42,175 bases of DNA from Candidatus Methylomirabilota bacterium. GTDB taxonomy: Bacteria; Methylomirabilota; Methylomirabilia; Methylomirabilales; JACPAU01. Made by a program: the position numbers and the translations under genes. A model generated the notes under the pieces. The model made no database searches and had not been told where the DNA came from. It worked only from the letters and a program-made list of their open reading frames with translations. Each line of letters begins with the position of its first letter. Within the stretch, counting starts at the first letter, position 1. The DNA is taken from NCBI GenBank assembly GCA_022614955.1, contig JAKEHP010000046.1:1-42175 (forward strand). The letters are read 5' to 3'. Shown here piece by piece: positions 37,184 through 42,175 of the stretch.

Positions 37184-37212
37184 TTGCATTTTCCCGGTCC
37201 GGGCAGTACAAC
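37184..37212 (+). promoter_or_regulatory. Candidate promoter TTGCAT-N17-TACAAC before the RlmI-like gene
   Basis: The -10 ends 10 nt before ATG 37223 and no SD lies in between. This suggests a very short or absent leader. Confidence 0.3.
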
Positions 37213-37222
37213 TACGGCCGGC

Positions 37223-38398
37223 ATGGCCACCACCGCTGTCCTTCGGGTGAGCGGCCAGCGGCGCCTCCTGCGCGGGCACCCCTGGATCTATCGGAGCGAC
37301 ATCCAGGAGGTGCAGGGGTCCGCAGAGCCCGGGGAGGTGGTGGACATCACCGCCCCCAACCGCCAGTTCCTGGGGCGGGGAACCTACAACGCGCGCTCCC
37401 AGATCGCGCTGCGGGTCCTGACCACCGAGGCCGAGGCAATTGATGCCGCCTTCCTGCGACGGCGGATCGCAGCGGCAGCGGCGCGGCGCGAGACGCTGGC
37501 CGGCCCGGAGGCGGCCTACCGGGTCGTCTCCTCCGAAGGGGATCTGCTGCCGGGGCTCATCGTGGACCGCTACGGGTCCGTGGCGGTCGCCCAGCTCCTC
37601 ACGGCGGGGATGGACCGGCTCCGGGAGCCGACCCTGGAGGCGGTCGAGGGCCTCTTCCAGCCGCGCGGCATCTACCTGCGCAACGACGCCTCAGTCCGGA
37701 CGCTGGAGGGGCTGCCCCTCGAGCGGGGCTGGGCGCGGGGGGACGGCCCGGAGCAGGTGGAGATCCGCGAGGGGCCCTGTCGCTTCCGCGTGGACGTAGC
37801 GGGGGGGCAGAAGACCGGGTTCTTCCTGGACCAGCGGGAGAACCGGCTGGCGGCCCGCGAGCTGGCGGCCGGCCGGGAGATCCTCGACTGCTTCTGCTAT
37901 ACGGGGGCCTTCGCGGTGCACCTGGCAGAGGCCGGCGCGACGCTCGCGGAGGGGGTGGACATCTCCCCCGAGGCGGTGGCGGCCGCCGAGGCCAACGCGC
38001 GCCTCAACGGGGTCGAGGGGCGCTGCCGGTTCCGGACGGCCAACGCCTTCGACGAGCTGCGCCTCCTGGACAAGACCCGGCGCAAGTACGACTGCCTCGT
38101 CCTGGACCCCCCCGCCTTCACCAAGGGGAAGGAGGCGGTCGAGGCAGCGCTGCGGGGCTACAAGGAGATCAACCTCCGGGCCATGCGGCTCCTGCGGCCG
38201 GGGGGGATCCTGATTACCTGCTCCTGCTCCTACCACATTGACGAAGCGACTTTCCTGGCGATGCTGGAGGCGGCAGCAGCAGACGCCCACTGCCGGATGC
38301 GGGTCCTGGCGGTCCGGACGCAGGCAACCGACCACCCGATCCTCCTGGGGGTGCGGGAGACTCGCTACCTGAAGTGCGTCTTCCTGGAGCGGCTCTGA
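37223..38398 (+). CDS. PUA-domain class I SAM-dependent rRNA methyltransferase (RlmI/RlmK-like)
   Basis: Track ORF trimmed to ATG 37223. The N-terminal part (RLLRGHPWIYRSDI) is typical of RlmI. QKTGFFLDQRENR, ILDCFCYTGAFAV, LVLDPPAF and ITCSCS are also present. Confidence 0.85.
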   Translation: MATTAVLRVSGQRRLLRGHPWIYRSDIQEVQGSAEPGEVVDITAPNRQFLGRGTYNARSQIALRVLTTEAEAIDAAFLRRRIAAAAARRETLAGPEAAYRVVSSEGDLLPGLIVDRYGSVAVAQLLTAGMDRLREPTLEAVEGLFQPRGIYLRNDASVRTLEGLPLERGWARGDGPEQVEIREGPCRFRVDVAGGQKTGFFLDQRENRLAARELAAGREILDCFCYTGAFAVHLAEAGATLAEGVDISPEAVAAAEANARLNGVEGRCRFRTANAFDELRLLDKTRRKYDCLVLDPPAFTKGKEAVEAALRGYKEINLRAMRLLRPGGILITCSCSYHIDEATFLAMLEAAAADAHCRMRVLAVRTQATDHPILLGVRETRYLKCVFLERL

Positions 38399-38409
38399 GG
38401 GGCGGAGAC

Positions 38410-39297
38410 ATGGACACGGTGCAGCAGGGCCAGCCCGAGTTCGGCGAGCGGTACGGGGAGGCGGTCGGCTCCGCCTACGACCGGATGGCGGAGGAGTACG
38501 ACGTCTTTGACGCCGAAACGCCCTTCCTCATCAACGACTCCCGGGTGACGCGGGCCACGCTCGAGGCGCTCCGGCCCCGGTGGGAGGGAAAGGTGGTCCT
38601 GGATGTGGGGGCGGGTACGGGCCTCCAGACCGCCCAGTTCGCCCCCCGCGCCCGGCGCGTCCTGGCGCTGGATTTGGCCGCCGATCTCCTCCGCAAGGCG
38701 CGGGAGAAGGTGACCGGCCTCGGCTGCCGCAATGTCACCTTCCTCCACGGGGATGCTACGTTCCTACCGCTCCCCGATGGCAGCGTGGACTTCGTCTGCT
38801 GCTACGGGGACGTGATCGGCTTGATCCCGGACTACGCCACCGCCATCGCCGAGATGGCCCGGGTCTGCCGCCCCGGGGGCACGGTCACCATCGAGTACGA
38901 CAATAAGTGGCACGTGGGGCTGCTGTGGCGCCCCGACGAGCTGGCGCGGGCCTTGCGGGCGCGGGGGATGGGGGACAAGCGGATCTGGACCTACACCTAC
39001 CTTACCCGGGCCGAGCGGGTGGACTTCATCTATAAGACCTACACCGGGCGGGAGATGACCCGGCTGCTTACGGGGGCCGGGCTCCGGGTCGTCCGCCGCC
39101 TGGGCCTCCACATGGCCTCCTCGATCGTCCCCGAGCCGTACCAGACCGTCTACAAAGACGGCCAGCCCCTCTACGACACCTTCAAACGCATCATCCTGGC
39201 GCTAGGCCGGCTGGACGCCCTTCTCCAGGCCTCCCCGGGCATGAGTCGGGTCGGCTACGCCGCCATTCTGGTGGCGGAGAAACCGGATTCCCGCTAG
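38410..39297 (+). CDS. Class I SAM-dependent methyltransferase (Methyltransf_11-like)
   Basis: Track ORF trimmed to ATG 38410 (GGAG upstream). Motif I VLDVGAGTGLQTAQFA. DFVCCYGDVIG and RPGGTVTI are also present. The substrate is unknown. Confidence 0.75.
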   Translation: MDTVQQGQPEFGERYGEAVGSAYDRMAEEYDVFDAETPFLINDSRVTRATLEALRPRWEGKVVLDVGAGTGLQTAQFAPRARRVLALDLAADLLRKAREKVTGLGCRNVTFLHGDATFLPLPDGSVDFVCCYGDVIGLIPDYATAIAEMARVCRPGGTVTIEYDNKWHVGLLWRPDELARALRARGMGDKRIWTYTYLTRAERVDFIYKTYTGREMTRLLTGAGLRVVRRLGLHMASSIVPEPYQTVYKDGQPLYDTFKRIILALGRLDALLQASPGMSRVGYAAILVAEKPDSR

Positions 39298-39623
39298 TCC
39301 TTCTTCTTCTCGCCTTCCCAGCCCACCCGGGACGCCACGAAGCTGCGGCCCACCTCCACCTTCACGTTGTCCGCGATCCGCAGGGTGATCTTCTTTTCGT
39401 CAATGTCCACGATGGTCCCGAAGAGCCCCCCGCTAGTGATGACCTGGTCCCCCGTCTTGAGGTGCTGGAGCATCTCGCGGTGCTTCTTTTGCTTTTGCTG
39501 CTGCGGGCGGATCAGGATGAAGTAGAAGACGGCGAACATGAGGAGCAGGGGGACCATTGCCTGGAAGCCGCCGAAGCCGCCGTCGCCGGCGGCGCCCGCG
39601 TAGGCCAGGGTGGGTGCGAGCAC
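39294..39623 (-). CDS. yajC: Preprotein translocase subunit YajC
   Basis: 109 aa. GTG start follows AAGGAGG plus 6 nt. MVPLLLMFAVFYFILIRPQQQKQKKHREMLQHLKTGDQVITSGGLFGTIVDIDE. Lies downstream of tgt as in the canonical queA-tgt-yajC cluster. Confidence 0.9.
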   Translation of the reverse strand: MLAPTLAYAGAAGDGGFGGFQAMVPLLLMFAVFYFILIRPQQQKQKKHREMLQHLKTGDQVITSGGLFGTIVDIDEKKITLRIADNVKVEVGRSFVASRVGWEGEKKKD

Positions 39624-39638
39624 GCGCGTCCTCCTTCT

Positions 39639-40784
39639 TTACTCGGGGTTGGCGGGGGAGTCCGGCGCGCCCCGGAGGGCGGCCAGCCGGTCGTCCAGGT
39701 ACTTGGCGAAGGTCCCCTCGGCTAACGCCTCCCGGGCCTCTGCCATCAGGGTAAGGTAGTAGTGGAGATTGTGAAGGGTGTTGAGCCGCAACCCCAGCAT
39801 CTCGTCGGCCACGAACAGGTGCCGGAGGTAGGCGCGGCTGAAGGTCCGGCACGTATAGCAGGCGCACTCGGGATCCACCGGCCGCTCGTCGTGGGCGTAC
39901 GCCGCCGCCTTGATGCTCAGACGTCCCTGCCGCGTGAAGAGACTACCGGTGCGCCCGTGGCGGGTCGGCATCACGCAGTCGAACATGTCAATGCCGGCCG
40001 CCACCCCGAGGAGGAGATCCTCCGGGGTCCCGAGCCCCATGAGGTAGCGGGGGCGCTCAGCGGGGAGGCGAGGCGCCGTATGCCGGAGGACGGCCTGCAC
40101 CTGCCCCTTGCTCTCCCCGACGCCCAACCCCCCGATGGCGTAGCCGTCAAAGGGGAGCGCCGTGAGGCGCGCCGCCGCCTCCGCGCGCAGGTTCGGGTAG
40201 ACCGAGCCCTGGACGATGCCAAAGAGGGCCTGGTCCGAGCGGGTCCGGGCCTTGAGGCACCGCTCCGCCCAGCGGAGGGTGAGCTCCATCGAGGTCCGGG
40301 CCTGGTCGGGTGTCGCCGGGTAAGGGGTGCAGTCGTCGAAGGCCATGATGATGTCGGCGCCGAGCGCCTCCTGGATGGCGATGGCCCTCTCAGGGGTCAG
40401 GGCGTGGCTCGATCCATCCAGGTGGGAGCGGAAGGTGACGCCCTCCTCGGTGATCCGCCGGAGTTCGGCCATGCTGAAGACCTGGTAGCCGCCGCTGTCG
40501 GTGAGGAGCGGGCGCGACCAGGCCATGAACCGATGCAGGCCCCCCAGGGCGGCGATGGTCTCGGCCCCCGGCCGCAAGGAGAGGTGATAGGTGTTGCAGA
40601 GGACCAGCTCCACCCCCTCCTCCTCCAGGTCGCGGGGCGAGAGGGTCTTGACCGTCGCCTGCGTCCCGCACGGGATGAAGACCGGCGTCTCCACGGTCCC
40701 GTGGGGGGTGGAAAGGCGCCCCCGCCGCGCCCCCGTGTCGGGGTCTTTCGCCCGGACCTCGAAGCGGAACCCTGCGGCCCTCAT
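39639..40784 (-). CDS. tgt: Queuine tRNA-ribosyltransferase (tRNA-guanine transglycosylase)
   Basis: 381 aa. TPHGTVETPVFIPCGTQATVK, LLTDSGGYQVFS, and the zinc site CxCxxC...H (CACYTC...H). Confidence 0.95.
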   Translation of the reverse strand: MRAAGFRFEVRAKDPDTGARRGRLSTPHGTVETPVFIPCGTQATVKTLSPRDLEEEGVELVLCNTYHLSLRPGAETIAALGGLHRFMAWSRPLLTDSGGYQVFSMAELRRITEEGVTFRSHLDGSSHALTPERAIAIQEALGADIIMAFDDCTPYPATPDQARTSMELTLRWAERCLKARTRSDQALFGIVQGSVYPNLRAEAAARLTALPFDGYAIGGLGVGESKGQVQAVLRHTAPRLPAERPRYLMGLGTPEDLLLGVAAGIDMFDCVMPTRHGRTGSLFTRQGRLSIKAAAYAHDERPVDPECACYTCRTFSRAYLRHLFVADEMLGLRLNTLHNLHYYLTLMAEAREALAEGTFAKYLDDRLAALRGAPDSPANPE

Positions 40785-40808
40785 GAGGCCCCCGTCCCTG
40801 CTTGTTCC

Positions 40809-41873
40809 CTAGAGGATGAGCATGGCATCGCCGTAGGAGTAGAAGCGATAGCGGGCGGCCGTGGCTTCGCGGTAGGCCGCCAGGACCCGATCCCGCCCCG
40901 CGAAAGCGCTGACCAGCATCAGGAGGGTCGTGCAGGGCAGGTGGAAGTTGGTGAGGAGCGCGTCCACGACCCGGAAGCGGTATCCCGGCGTGATGAAGAG
41001 GGTGGCCTCCCCGGCCCCGGCCCGGGGCGCGCCCCCCTCATCCGCGGCGCTCTCGAGGGCCCGCACCGTCGTGGTCCCCACCGCCATCACCCGGCCCCCG
41101 CGCCCCCTGGCCTCCTTCACCGCCCGGGCCGTCCCCTCGGGGATGCGGAACCGCTCGGGATCCATCCGGTGCTGCTTGACCTCCACCACCCGGACCGGCT
41201 TGAACGTGCCGACGCCCACGTGAAGCGTCAGGAAGGCCACCGCAACCCCCCGGGCCCGAACCGCCTCTAGCATCGCCTCGGTGAAGTGAAGACCCGCCGT
41301 GGGCGCGGCGATGGCTCCATCCTCCCGGGCATAGACCGTCTGGTACCGCTCCCGGTCCCCCTCCCCGGCGCTCGCCCCCGGCGGACCCGACCGTCGGCCG
41401 TTCGGGGCCGCTCGCTTGATGTAGGGCGGGAGGGGCATCCGCCCGTACCGCTCCAGAATCTCCCGGACCGGCAGCGACCCGTCAAATTCAAGCAAGATCC
41501 GGCCCTCGGGCCCCCGCTCCAAGACCCGCGCGAGAAGATCGTCCGGCAGGGAGAAGGCGGCCCCCACCCGCGCCCGCCGGCCCGGCTTCAGCCACGCCCA
41601 CCAGGCCGTCGCCCCAGCTTCCTCCAGAAGGAGGATCTCGACTCGACCTCCCCGAGGTGTCATGCCGTACAGGCGCGCCGGCAGCACCCGGGTGTCATTC
41701 ATGACCAGCAGGTCTCCCGGGCGAAGCAAGACCGGGAGGTCCCGAAAGCTCCGGTGCGCCACGGTCCCCGTGCCCCGGTCGAGGAGCAGCAGGCGGGAGG
41801 CATCCCGCTCCGGCAGCGGGTGCTGGGCGATGAGCCCAGGGGGGAGCGCGTAGTGGAAGTCGCGGAGTTGCAT
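40809..41873 (-). CDS. queA: S-adenosylmethionine:tRNA ribosyltransferase-isomerase
   Basis: Track ORF trimmed to MQLRDFHYALPPGLIAQHPLPERDASRLL (ATG 41873; ATG 41879, MPMQL, is equally possible). TAGLHFT, LHVGVGTF, AVGTT and TNFHLP are present. The upstream track residues overlap the SpoIID-like gene out of frame. Confidence 0.9.
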   Translation of the reverse strand: MQLRDFHYALPPGLIAQHPLPERDASRLLLLDRGTGTVAHRSFRDLPVLLRPGDLLVMNDTRVLPARLYGMTPRGGRVEILLLEEAGATAWWAWLKPGRRARVGAAFSLPDDLLARVLERGPEGRILLEFDGSLPVREILERYGRMPLPPYIKRAAPNGRRSGPPGASAGEGDRERYQTVYAREDGAIAAPTAGLHFTEAMLEAVRARGVAVAFLTLHVGVGTFKPVRVVEVKQHRMDPERFRIPEGTARAVKEARGRGGRVMAVGTTTVRALESAADEGGAPRAGAGEATLFITPGYRFRVVDALLTNFHLPCTTLLMLVSAFAGRDRVLAAYREATAARYRFYSYGDAMLIL

Positions 41874-41890
41874 CGGCATTTGCCCCCCGC

Positions 41891-42175
41891 CTAGCGCTCG
41901 GGGAGGCGGTGCAGGGCGGTGAGGGGGAAATAGTACTGGAGGATCTCCTCGTAGCTGAAGGCCAGCTCCGCCATCCCCTTGGCGCCCCACTGGCTCATCC
42001 CGACCCCGTGCCCCCACCCCTTTCCGACGAAGGTGAATCCGGCCCCGTTCCGGAGGATGGTGAAGTTCGTGCTCCGGAGGACCTCCGCCCCCACCAGGCG
42101 CCGGAACACCTTCGCGTCCAGCGTGAGCAGACCAGCCCCGTGCCGAATCAGGAGGCGCTGGATACGGCCGGAGCG
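41891..42175 (-). CDS. SpoIID/LytB-domain protein, C-terminal 94 codons (5' part beyond the right edge)
   Basis: The frame is open to the window edge. ...FTFVGKGWGHGVGMSQWGAKGMAE...YEEILQYYFP is the conserved C-terminal SpoIID/LytB signature. Confidence 0.8.
   Translation of the reverse strand, partial: RSGRIQRLLIRHGAGLLTLDAKVFRRLVGAEVLRSTNFTILRNGAGFTFVGKGWGHGVGMSQWGAKGMAELAFSYEEILQYYFPLTALHRLPER

Overview
High-G+C bacterial chromosomal segment, roughly two-thirds to 70% G+C by eye (not computed). It is densely packed with about 40 protein-coding genes. I found no rRNA, tRNA, CRISPR array, transposase or integrase. Most genes are housekeeping. The minus-strand run at the left end is alr, a PGM/PMM-family mutase, eno, ftsB, a GGDEF cyclase and dxr. 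It is followed by a CIRCE-controlled groES-groEL and a DUF554 membrane protein. Next comes a minus-strand block: glpD, glpQ and a Fe3+-type ABC importer. The plus-strand stretch that follows holds mtnA, a REC-DUF4388 regulator, a TPR-SLT lytic transglycosylase, thiD, coaBC, a family-4 UDG and priA. Further right are a methyltransferase, a CN-hydrolase and nadE (a split NAD synthetase), an RlmI-like methyltransferase and a second methyltransferase. The right end carries spoIID-like, queA, tgt and yajC on the minus strand. Four regions are not ordinary. (1) A clearly lower-G+C island at about 10.25-13.3 kb carries a translationally coupled operon of four lipoproteins (CsgG-like, PEGA, DUF4810-like, DUF799/GNA1162-like) with no recognisable cargo; this is my best candidate for an undescribed envelope or secretion system. 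(2) A HEAT-repeat / HD-GYP / HEAT-repeat locus at 30.75-34.5 kb sits behind a near-consensus promoter, and its two adjacent genes share a homologous N-terminal module. (3) A 36-codon ORF missing from the ORF track encodes a stand-alone DnaJ-type zinc-finger hairpin. (4) A near-consensus sigma54 promoter precedes an orphan secreted protein. Because of the G+C content, almost every real gene is shadowed by long stop-free antisense or out-of-frame ORFs in the track. I rejected those and trimmed several track ORFs to internal starts. All family assignments come from motif recognition by eye, not from searches. Start codons and regulatory sites are the least certain items.
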